Shown: positions 48,101 through 59,745 of the stretch, piece after piece
Position numbering within the stretch: position 1 is the stretch's first letter
How the letters are laid out: each line of letters opens with the position of its first letter
Source: Vicugna vicugna
Lineage: Eukaryota
Assembly (NCBI GenBank): GCA_013265495.1
Contig: MU058540.1
Span: 23,696 to 87,695, forward strand
DNA length: 64,000 nt
Reading direction: 5' to 3'
Translations under genes and position numbers: made by a program
The notes under the pieces: generated by a model
Database searches by the model: none
What the model was told of the DNA's origin: nothing
The model's input: only the letters and a program-made list of their open reading frames with translations

Positions 48101-51100
48101 CCTGGGACTGGGGAGTCAGCTAAACATAAAGTCTAAGAATGCAAGAGCCTGAAGGGAAGCTGGGAGGACTTGAGAACCAGACGTGTTCGTTCATCAGCAA
48201 GGAAGCATTAGAGTGTCCTTGAATGCAGTGGTGCCTGGCTATGCAAAAAGCCACTGATTCATACAGCCAATATTTACTAGTGACCTAGATACACCAGTTA
48301 TTACCCAGGTGATGAGGATGGAGTGATGAACAGAACAATCTGATATCTATCTGCATGGAGCATCAAAATATGTCACAGTTACTAAGTACCAAGCCTATAA
48401 AATTCCATATATAATTCGCAAATCTATCCTAATACATCTGTAGCAATTAAAACATGTATATCTACGGATTCTAAAATTCAAAAAGTTTAAGTAATTTACC
48501 CAGTGTCACATAGCACTAGAACCCAGATCATATAGTCTAAATCTGAGTACTGGGGAGAAAGTACCTCTCTTCTACGTACTCGTTTTGAATTAGTTGATGT
48601 ATACGCCATTATTACACCTAAACCAATGAGTCTTATGTGTTCAAAATGGTAATAAAGTGATAAAGTGAATAGAAGACAACTGCCAAATCATGATGAAGGT
48701 ATTACTTGCTATAGGAAGTTAAGGAATAAAAGGTCTTGTGAGCTTGCTTTCAAAATGGTACTATATATATTGAGGACTTATTATGTGATCAGCACTAGGA
48801 AGAGTCATTATTTAAGTTTACATTTAACCCTGTGAGGAATAGGCTATTATTATAACTGTTTTAGAGATGAAGAAAAAGGCTCATGTATTTAAAAATGGCC
48901 CAAATAAAAGAGTTCATGTTCAATTCAGTTCTTCTGATTCTAGAGTGAATATTAGTGAATAGTGGTCAGACTGGGTAAAACTGGTAAAATTTCTGATGTT
49001 CATACATACCAGTGCTCCTTAGGGTGGGATGAGGAGAGATGCAAGGGCTGCTAAGTCCAAGATACAGGAGAAATTTACATTTTTTTTGCATCTATTACTT
49101 GAAAAACTGCATATGGATCCACATGGAGTGTTTCCATGCTCCCTAAGTGCACTATTCTCTTCTATCTCCATGTGTCACCAACCGAGAAGCTCTCTGGACC
49201 CTATCAGTTTTTTAGGATGCTTCATTACATAGGTATAACTGATTAAATCATTGGCCACTGGTGACTGACCTCAATCTCCAGCCCCTCTCCCCTCCCTGGA
49301 GGTGAGGGGACTGGGACTGAAAGTTCCAACCCTCTACTCGTATGGTTGATTCTCCTAGAAGCCAGTACACCTCCTTAAGCAGGATCCAAAAGACACCTAA
49401 TCAACATAAAAGACTCCTTTATTGACTTCATCACTTAGGAAATTTCTAGGGTTTTAGATCTGTGGCAGAAATGGGGACGAAGAACAGACATATGTTTCTT
49501 ATTATAAATCACAGTATGACAGTGACTGATTGTCAAGGCAAAGGAATCAGTAAACTCTGGTCCTAAGCAAATTTATTTTGTTGGAAAAATAACTCTTCAC
49601 TGGGACCAGATTCGTTAAAAATGTAAGTTCCACAGAGGATGAAGATTTTCAACAGATATTATATTGGTAAAGTTTTCTATGTAATTCTCAGCTGCTCCAT
49701 AATTGACAGTATTACCTTTACCTAAAATGTCTCCCTTTTCCCCCGAACATACACAAACACACACACTCTTCCTCTACCTTAACCTTTTATGTTACACGTT
49801 AAATGTCTTCAAAGACCACTTCTCTAGCTCCCGAACATACCTGAGGTCATCCTATCATTCTCTGTTAGAGAACTCTATACTTTTATCCTGGCATTTCTCA
49901 CTCCTGTATAAATTCTTGTGAGTTTGGCTTTTGTCCAACACTTTCACTAAATTTTAAGCTCCACAGGTAAACAGGAGATGTCTGTTTTCCCTTCTCTGGA
50001 TTCACGGAGGGCAGCATAGTTTTGGCACGAGGACAGCATTAACCAAATGTTTACAGAATGAAGGAGGTGGGATATGTTCGAGGAAGATCTGTGGGAAGAG
50101 AAGACAGAGGGGTTGATGTCTTTCTGCGGGAGGCTCCTAGGAGGAGGTGGTGATGGGGCAAATCCTGGTCCAGTTCACACTTGGAGGTCTCCAGCCAAGC
50201 ATGGAAGCCAAGTGGATCCCAAATGGCTCAGGAGCACAGGGGTCTCCTCCGCCCAGCATGTCCTCCCTCCGCCGCTGGCAGATGAAAGGCAAGCCCATGG
50301 GGTGCTGGAAGCTGGGGTGCTGGTGGAGCCAGTGACGGCTGGTGGAGGGTGGGGGCTGCGGGCCTGGTGCTCGCACCTGCGCCTGTGCGCCCCGCATTGG
50401 TGGGCGTCGCCTTCATTCTTTTTCCAGGAACCCGAGTGACAAGACCATTCCTGTCCCCACAGCACTTTTCATGGTGCAGAGTAAGTCCGAGTGTCATTTC
50501 TCCAACGGGACGGAGCAGGTGCGGTTCCTGGACAGATACATCTACAACCGGGAGGAGCTGGTGCGCTTCGACAGCGACGTGGGGGAGTACCGGGCGGTGG
50601 CCGCGCTGGGGCGGCGGGCCGCGGAGCGCTGGAACCGCTGGAAGGACGCGCTGGGGCGGGCGCGGGCCGCGGTGGACACGTTCTGCAGGGAGAACTACGA
50701 GTTTTTTGAGAGCGGCACGGTGCGGCGGCGCGGTGAGCGCGGGGCGGGCGGCGCGCGCCTGTGCGTGTGTGTGCGCGCGTGTGCGTGTGTGTGTGTGTGT
50801 GTGTGACAAAGAAACAGAGACAAAGACAGAGGCTGAGCCCGGGCTGCGTGTAGGACTGTGGACAAGTCCAAGTTACAGGAGTCACAAGGGTACATGTGAG
50901 AGGGTGTTGTCGAAGAGCTAGTGTGTGATTTTGTCATGTGCGATTGTGAGAAGGGAGACGGGGAAGGAGAGAGAGTTGGGGGCGGGAGGCAGTGGGCAGA
51001 GGGTCTGAGAGGACCGGGAGGGAGGGGGAGCTGGGGGGAAGGATGCAGGAGGGAGGCTCCCGGCATCCTCCCGCGGCGTGGGAGAAGTAGGTGGGAGGAG

Positions 51101-54100
51101 GAAACCCTGACGGGGAAGAGGGGAAGGAAGGTGGTTAGAGATGCAGGAAGGGGCTTCAAGGTGTCAGTGACTCAGGGGAAGGTTTAGGAGAGGGGAGGGA
51201 GTAATGTAAAAGGATTGGGAGAATGTAAGTGTCGCAAACTGCTCTTGGCACACACACCCTTTCTCTTGAAATCCGTTAAAATAAACATACCTGTGTTTGT
51301 GTGTACCAACATTTCACTACGAATGAAATTTGTTGGGGAGACTAATTTCTAGGGGGATAGTGGAGAGGAACAGCCCAGGCCCCTCTGATCTTTCTGAGAC
51401 TACTTTTAAGTCTAAATTTCTGGCTACTTTTTTGCTTTCTTTGTGTATATTTTTACATATTTGAAATGATAGTGAAGGTAGATTTTTGTTACTTAGCATT
51501 AACATACTGATGTTACTATTTTTATGATGCTAATAGTACTTAAGTTATTACATGCTAACCCTTTGTATAGTTGTAAACAATTTATCTCGAATTCCCCATT
51601 GTTAGATTTTGTTTTCAATATTGCCACTTAGTTGGAAATTTATATCTTATTATTTTTAACTTATACTTCTTTTATTTCTAAAGTTCTTTTTTTACACATT
51701 TCTGTGCCAATTGTAACTGCTGCTCTAAGCACTGCCTATTAATCTGTTATGACTGGGGTTCAAGCATTTTTCTCAGTAGTTTCATGGTCCTGTATGCAGT
51801 AAGATTATTAACACTTTGCTGATATTTGATTCAACATTTTTTCCAGTTTGAGGTTTCTATTAGATTCTGTTTAATGTTTCCTGTGTTAAGAATTTAAAAT
51901 TTTTTGCTTAATGAAATATAAACTGCAAAATTACTAATGATTTACCCTCGATCTTAAATCTACTATTTTGTAGTCCTGTACAAATGTGTCCCCCATTTCT
52001 CCTTTTAAAATAATTATATTTACTGAGGTCCTGACAGTGTCAGAGTCTGTCCCAGATGTTAAGAGTCCCAGACCCTGCCTTGATCTCAAATGTCAGTTTA
52101 GAAGGAGAGATAACTATAAAATGATAACAATTCCAAAAATAGATGTCACATTTTTGAAAAGGAAAGAGATTGATCAGTTGAATATAAAGCCATAAAAACT
52201 TTTTAAAAGATTGAATTCCCTTCTTCCTTTTCCTCTGCAAGACTCATTTTTTTCTTGAGACACAACTCACAGGGTTAGAGAATGACCTCTGTGTATTTCT
52301 GCTTCTCAGGGGAAGAACCAGTTTTGTGCTGTTCTAAGGTGTGAGTTCCTCGAGGCAGCATAACCAGCATTTCACACTCAGTATCTCCATCTATCTCACT
52401 TCTGTTCCCTAATTTATCTTTATACTTTGAGTCATATCTTCTCTCATAGTTAATAAATTCAGTAAGTCACTAACATATATCAAAGGCTAAGTTCCAGCCA
52501 TTTCTTTATATATGTTAGGTCCATTGACACTTATTTGACTCTGAGAGGTAAATTAGGCTCACTATCCTCCTTTATAGATGAGAAGGCAGAGGAACAGAGG
52601 AATTTTAAAACTTTCCCAGGATTGATCAGTTAGAAGTAGGCCCAGGTAGCCTAACTCCAGAAATTGTGCTTTTAATTAATACACCACATGTCTTGCAAAA
52701 TTTGTAAGTACTTTAATTCAACAATAAATAACTATTTCAAGTTATGGAGGAAAAATTCAGTTTCCCAACATCTCTAAAATCTAACAGGCCCCTGCTTTAT
52801 GGATTAAATTCAAGACTCATGACCCTGGCTCCTCTTCAGCCGCATGGCCAGCTTGGCCTGCCCAAGGCTGCAGTCTGGTCGGGACACTCATTCTATCTTC
52901 CTCACTATTCCGTCTACCACTTCTCTCCTAGTGGAGCCCACGGTGACCGTGTATCCTGCGAAGCCCCAGCCCCTGCAGCACCACAGCCTCCTGGTCTGCT
53001 CTGTGACAGGCTTCTATCCAGGCCACATTGAAGTCAGGTGGTTCCGGAACGGCCAGGAAGAGGAGGCTGGGGTGGTCTCCACAGGCCTGATCCCTAATGG
53101 AGACTGGACCTTCCAGACCATGGTGATGCTTGAAGTGGTTCCTCAGAGTGGGGAGGTCTACACCTGCCGAGTGGAGCACCCCAGCCGGACGCGCCCTGTC
53201 ACAGTAGAATGGAGTGAGAAGCTTTGTGACCTCATGCATTCCTCTCCCCCCGCAAGGAGGGACTTGCCTCCTCCTGAGTGTCAGGTTCCTCCTCTCCCCG
53301 CACCATGTGCTCATTTGCTCCACATTCTCCTCTCCTTCAGCACAAGTTCCTGGGGGTCTCCGTGATAGCCTGTGATAGAAATCCTCTGATAGTTTACAGA
53401 TACCCTGGGGTAGTTTGTACAAATACCTATGCCCCCTGGGGAGGAAATTCTGCCTGACACACAGGGAAGAGGTGTCTCTGTTTTGAGCCTCCTGTGATGT
53501 CACAGGTCATGGTCACCCCTTGGCCATGGGTACCTGCCTCAGGCTGGACTTGTGCTTCTGCCACTGTTGCTCTGAGTTCACTGTAATCTGGGAAGGTACA
53601 TCCTCTCCAGTGTAGGGACCTTCTAGGCATGAGGGGAGTCCTGTCTCGGCTCTGCCTTTTATTAGCTCTGTCGCCCTAGACAAGCTTCTTAGCATTATTC
53701 AGTTCCAGGCTCCTCATTCATCAGATGTTGCAGTTGTGTGGCCTCATGTCAGGGCTGTGGTATTTAAATTAGTTCAGTGCCTTAATCTTGTAGCTATTCA
53801 GTGTGGATTTTAATCTCTCTAGCTCTTCCAGGGCAGCCCTCTTCCCCCATTCTCAAAGCTCTCAATCTCAGAGTCTCAATTAGGCTGGATTTGAGGTAAA
53901 AATCACTAAATCTAGCTTCTTTTCTTAGGGGCACAGGATGAATCTTCACAAGGCAAGATGCTGAGTGGAATCGGGGGCTTCGTTCTGGGTCTGCTCTTCC
54001 TTGGGGTGGGGCTGTTCGTCTACTTCAGGAACCAGGAAGGTAAGGAGCTTATTGGCAGCTAAGACTCCCTGTAAACTATTTAGAGGGAAAAAAATGTATA

Positions 54101-54862
54101 TGGCTTTGCTCAGTTAGTTGTCTGTATATCAATGACCCTGCATAAAACCTCCCTTTACCTAGTCAACCTCGCGTTTCTTAGAAATCCAGAAATCCACAGT
54201 CCATGGTTACTCACGGGTGAAGCATAAGAGGTAATGGTCTGTAGAGATAAGAGAAGCATTAACACGCATGGAGATCTCAAGCAGAGATCCTGGGACAAAT
54301 GAAGGAAAGGACAGGAGGGCTGATCACGTTACACTGGATTTCTGTCCCAGGAACTTCATGGCTCACATGCGCTCAGTGTCTGCTCTCCTCTCTGCCCTGG
54401 CATCCTGTGATGTGGGCTGTGGTGTTTCAGAAGTCTTGGGTGGGGATCAGGTGCTGGGAACATTGTACCTGAGGACAGACTTGCCTCCATATCTTCTAAG
54501 TATATATCCTCCCTTCTCTTTCCCAGGACACCTTGGACTTCAGCCAACAGGTAACGCCCTCTAATCTTCTTTTGGAGATAGATTTGATCTCTGAGAACTG
54601 ATGGTAGAGATGACAAGATAGGAGACAGAGAAAATGAGAAAGACTGAATTCTACTCAGGCAGTTTCCAGTAAAGCTTTTCACTAATTGGTAAGAGGCTTG
54701 AGCTCTAAAGTCACTTTAGTTCAGGGAGATGTAAGAATTATTTCCCCTCCTTACTGCAGTGCTTTAACATGAGGCCCTAAGAGATGGGGGTGAAAAGGCT
54801 GCTTGTAGAGTTGGGTCTGGAAACAACACTGTCTTTTGTCTCCTGCAGGACTCCTGAGCTGA
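45118..54862 (+). CDS. DRB: Divergent MHC class II DR-like beta chain (inverted DRB, probably DSB-like), intact, 266 aa; join(45118..45217,50463..50732,52932..53213,53929..54039,54527..54550,54849..54862)
   Basis: Exon 1 [33 protein letters not shown] (100 bp). Exon 2 270 bp with C15/C79 and N19GT. Exon 3 282 bp Ig domain. Exon 4 111 bp TM. Exon 5 24 bp GHLGLQPT. Exon 6 GLLS*. All GT-AG with canonical DRB exon sizes and no stops. Confidence 0.92.
46610..48050 (-). mobile_element. LINE-2 remnant in DRB-like intron 1
   Basis: ttattcattgagacaacaaatactttttgagc...ctgggctctgttctagg is a reverse L2 3' end, followed by a purine-rich L2 body. Confidence 0.7.
49190..49525. mobile_element. MER21-like LTR fragment
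   Basis: gattaaatcattggccactggtgactgacctcaatctccagcccctctccc...tgaaagttccaaccctcta. A related fragment lies in the opposite orientation at ~57455-57725. Confidence 0.55.
50760..50830 (+). repeat. Compound (GT/GC)n-(GA)-like microsatellite after DRB-like exon 2
   Basis: gtgcgtgtgtgtgcgcgcgtgtgcgtgtgt...gtgtgacaaagaaacagagacaaagacaga. A (GT)n(GA)m repeat just after exon 2 is a DRB-lineage hallmark. Confidence 0.85.
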
Positions 54863-57219
54863 AGGGAAGATGATGACCCTCAAGCAAGAACTTTCTGTCC
54901 CAGCTTCTTCAAAGCATCAAAAAGTTTCCAGCTTAGTTCTTATTCTTCCACAAAGATAAGACTTTCTCGGGATCTGGTTTGCTCCTGGTTCAGTGACTCT
55001 GCAGCAAGTGTCCTTCTTGATGGCTTCCTCAGCCCTGCCCTTGACCTGGAAGCGGCAGCACTGATTGCAGCGCCTTATCTCCATTCTCTCCGGGCCTCTC
55101 TGTTTACCCTGGCTGCTTTCTGCGCATCTGAGCTCACCTGCTGCCCACATTGCTTTGTATGTATTTTCTCAAATACACAGAGAGTGAAATCATCTACTTC
55201 ATACAGCTTCAATGACAAGAAGGAGAAGGAAAAGGGGAAGGGAGAATTGCATCACAAAACAAAAATCATTTTCACTTATGTTCCTGAATTTTGGTCACAT
55301 GTGATCTGGAAGGTTTCTTTGCTTCATTCCCTGTTTTTGCTTAGGTTTTCTGCATTCTGTATTTAGGCATGTTTCCCTGGGCTAGGAGAAAGCTCTGACT
55401 GAAAGGCAGGCTTTGCATCGTCAAAGACAAACACACAGGCCCCTTCACACCATGGAATACAGGAAAGAAAACAGCTATAAGAAATACAGGTAACTTGTCA
55501 GGATGTGATGCCTTCAATCACATTTTGGGGTCTCTTTTTCCCTGATTTTTTTTTAAAGAAAATATCTAAACCTGAGTCCTTCTAGAACTTCCCTTTTGCT
55601 AATTAAGGGTAGCCTTCAACACCTCAGTCTTTTTTCCCATCTCTTGAATCAGCAGCATGCTGACTCTTTGTCTTGGGATGTCGTCAGTGCTCTCAGAAGC
55701 TGTCAGCACAAAGCCACTGTAGTGGAAAAGATGCATTTCTGAGCCCCACCCCCAGGTGGTGTCACAAACTCCATTACAGGAGAATCCGGTGTGGATCTTA
55801 CTTTAGCAGAAATCAGAGAAAAGGCTGGGAAACAAAAAGGGAATGTGTGACTACACTGATCTAAATAATGAAGGACCCTGCTGCTGGGGGGTAGGAGAGA
55901 TGAGAAGCTCTCTATACCCTGCTGTGGAATAATCTCCAAATTATATTTGGAGCAAGGTACAAGAGAGTGTGTATAGTATACAACATCTTGTTTAATAAAA
56001 TAGAGGAAAAGAATAGGAATGTATGGCTATACCCACTCTATTCTGTCCTCTTCTATTCTACTGACCTGTATATGTGGAAAGGATGGAAGGTTTGTAAAAA
56101 TGGTTGCTTATAGGACAGTGAGAAAAGAGGTTTTAAGGAACAGAGTGAAAGCTTGACTTCTCTGAATATATCTTATTTAATCATTTTAAATTGAGGAACA
56201 TTCAGATAGTTTATGTAATAAAAATTTAATCCAAAAGATTAAGAAGGCAATACATGAAAACTGAGAATGGGCAATCAGAATTGAAACAAACTTGACAAAA
56301 CGTGTGTGATGGAAAGCAAGCTAGAGAAGCAAATCAAAGAAATCTTTGACCCTCATATGAAACATTTGGCAACTAGTAAATCAGTATATAATTCTAAATT
56401 CCAAAGGCTTCAGTAATATAAGTAAATTATTATATTAGAAGTAATTTATGCAATATAAATTATAAAGTAGTTGGATAGGTTTCACAGAAGGGTGACTAAA
56501 TTGGCTAAGCAAATGGAGGATTCTGCTGTTTTGTTCCATTTGAAGAGTCAGTTTCAAATGGAAGGCAGTCCTGAGAGGTGATTAAAAGTTTATTCCGAAG
56601 TGTTCGTCATTAGAACACAATTCCTTCACTGTCAGAGACTATTATTCTACCTTTAAGCATATTCAGTTTATTTTTTGAATATCTTAATTGCATCATATAT
56701 TATTTGTGCTAAACAAGTCACCGTGCTATAGGAATTGAATAAGGTGATAGTCATGTCTGCAATATGCATACAGTGGAGATAAGTTTTGCTTGATCCCAGA
56801 GTTACAACTTTACTCTTGCTTTATCTTCTGAGATGAAATGATTTCTCTCCTTTTATTTGAAGCCTGGTGTGATATTATAAGGGGGAATTAAAATGTATGG
56901 TAGGAATAGTTCAATGAAGATGTTTTCTCTTGCTAGTAGCAGAAAAAATCCAGTCAATCTGACTTTAATTTTTTACGTATTATTTTGCATAGCAGATGGA
57001 CCCCAGGTAGGGCGTCTCCAGAGTTTGTCAGTTTAGCTGTCCAGTGGCGTCACCCGTGGCCCCAGGACCTTGTCTCATCCCCTCCTATTCTTAGCATTTC
57101 AGCTTTCCTGAGGTGGGGGTAGGGCACCTGCAGCCGTTGGGACTTCGTATTCTCACAACAACTTCCGAAGGCAGCAAAAGGGACCTATTTCTTCTCATGT
57201 GCTCTTTTCTCCCAGGCCC

Positions 57220-58690
57220 TATTGAGATATAATTCATATACAAAAACTACACTTAATTAATGTATAAAATTTGAAGAGTTTGAACATATGCATATGACTC
57301 AACCACAATCAAGGAAATAAACATATCCATCACCTCCAAATGTTTCCCTGTGTTCCCCTGCCTTTATTGTGGTAAGAATATTTTACATAAGATTCTACCA
57401 TCTTAAGAAATTTTTAACTATACAAAATGCAACTTAATTTTTTCCAGCATGTGATATTGTGGTTTATAAAATGAAATATATATTTGGTCTTTGTCCCCAT
57501 TCCTGGCACAGAGCTCCTAAACCCTTGGAATTTCATAACTAAGGAGAAGACAAAGATGTCTCGTTGTATTAATGAGGTGACACTTGGACCTCACTTAAGG
57601 GTGGGGGCTGGTTTTCAGGAGACCGAAACATGTGATCAGAGGGTTGGAACTTTCAGACCCACCCTCTTGACTTCTGGGAGAGAGTGCTTGGAGGTTGAAA
57701 GGTCAATGAGTTAATCAGTCATAACTATAGCTACTTCAGTTTGGAAACAAATATAACATAAAATGGGATAATTTCAAACAACAGAAGCACAAAAAAGGAA
57801 GAGAAAAAGTACAGAAGCCATATAGGAAAATGAAGATAAGATGCTATCAGCAGGAAAAAAAGACTATTTTACCTATGAGACGTTTTATACCCACCTCATG
57901 GTAACTACAAAACAAACGTAGAGCAGAGACATGAAGAATTAAAAAAGGGGAAACTGAGGAAAACATCCTATAAAACCACCAAACTAAAATGGCAGACAGA
58001 AACACAAGGGAAACAAAAACATGGGAGATACAAAAAAAAAAAAAAGAAGGAAAACAAAAGACAGAATGGCAGGACTATGTCTTATCTATCAATAATCACC
58101 CTAAATGAAAACAGATTGAATTAACCAATCAAAAGAACCACTACTCTGTTCTCTGTATCTGAGCATTTTTTTTGTTCATTTGTTTTATTTGTTTTTTGCA
58201 TTCCACGTGTGTAAAATCGTACAGTATTTATCTTCCTCCATCAGACTTATTTCACTTAACAGCATACCTTCAAGGTCCATCCATGTAGTTGGAAATGTCA
58301 AGACTTCATCTTCTTTATGGCCAACTGTATTCCATTGTATGTATGTGTTTATCTATACCACATATCACATCTTTTTTAATCTGGTCATCTGTTGATGGGC
58401 ACTTAGATTGTTTCCATATCTTGGCTACTGTAAACAGTGCTGTGCTAAATGCATGGGGAGGCATATATCCTTTTGAGTTAGTTTCTTCGTAGTCTTTGGA
58501 TAAATACTCAGATGTGGGAGGAAGATGAAAGGGGTAAAAGGGATCGACTGTGTGAAGACGAATGGAAACTAAAATTTTGCCAGTGAGCATGCTCTAGTGT
58601 GTACAAAAGTAGACATATGTAAGGTTTTAACATAAAACTTATATAGTGTTATAAACTAATGTTAACTCAATAAAAAATGTAAAAAGAAAA
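57220..58690. mobile_element. Cluster of L1 fragments in both orientations with a MER21-like LTR piece
   Basis: Minus ORF 58315-58590 contains TALFTVAKIWKQSKCPSTD (L1 ORF2). Sense L1 ORF2 start atcaataatcaccctaaatg at ~58088. L1 3' end motifs present. Confidence 0.65.
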
Positions 58691-59314
58691 AATCTATAAA
58701 TTTACTAAAAACATTACATTTTACATGTACAAAGAATGAATTTGTGGTAAGTAAATTATACCTCAAGAAACCTGTTAAAATACACTTTTTTAAAAGAAAA
58801 AGAGTCTTCCTAAGCAAGACACAAAATTGAGAAGACATAAAGAAAAATATGTATCTCAATAAAAATTAAAAATTTATTTGCATGGATAAAATAAATTTTA
58901 AAGATACGTAAAACTCAGGAAAACTTTGCAACATACAAGACACTGGGTTAACTTTCTTATTATGTAAAATTGCCAACAAATCAATAAATACATGAGGAAA
59001 AATACACAACAGAAAATTGGGCAAAGATTTAGACTATTTACAGAAAAGAATGTATCAAAGGCCAATAAACAAAAAATGTGTACTCAAACACACCAATAAT
59101 CAGAAGAAAATATAAATTCAAATAACGTGATGTAATATTTCTCCCCAAAACTGGCAAATAAAATAGTCTGGTTTTTAAATCAAGGATTTGGAAGATTCCA
59201 TGGAAAGGATTTTCTCACGTGTTATTAGTAGCGTCATGAGTGGCAGCTTGAAAGTATCTATTAAAATTATAAGTGCAAATGTTACATGATTGACAATAAA
59301 ATCCACATCCGTAT

Positions 59315-59745
59315 ACCTGCTATGTTCTGAATGCTTGCGTCTCTACAAGAGGTGTATATGGAGACTAAGCCCTAGTGTGATGGCATTAGGAGGCAGGGCC
59401 TATGGGATGCGGTGAGGTCCTGAAGGTGGAGCCTGCATGGCTGGGATTAGTGCACTTAAAGGGCCAAAGAGGTCAGAGTTCTTCCCTTTCCACCACGTGG
59501 GGAAACACTGAGTTGCTGGCAGTCCTCACCAGAGCCCGACCTTGCTGAGGGCTCCCAAGAGATGAAAGGAACAGCTACGAGGCTTCTTTAAACTTGGCCT
59601 CAGAACTTGTGTGGCATCATTTTCACCACATTCTAATGGTGTAAGTGAGTATAGGGTCAGCCCAGGTTAAAGGGAATGGGAAACACAATCTGTGTCTTCA
59701 TGAGGTGAGTGGCAAATACTTTGTACCCATTTTAATCTACCCCAT
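59315..59745. mobile_element. MLT1-like LTR fragments
   Basis: tgctatgttctgaatgcttg...gtgtgatggcattaggaggcagggcc...gggattagtgcactta, and ggcctcagaacttgtgtggcatcattttcaccacattcta. Confidence 0.55.

Noticed and set aside
50415..50462. Alternative upstream acceptor (tttttccag at 50427) for DRB-like exon 2
   Set aside because: It would add 35 nt and shift the frame; the ccccacag acceptor gives the canonical 270-bp exon.
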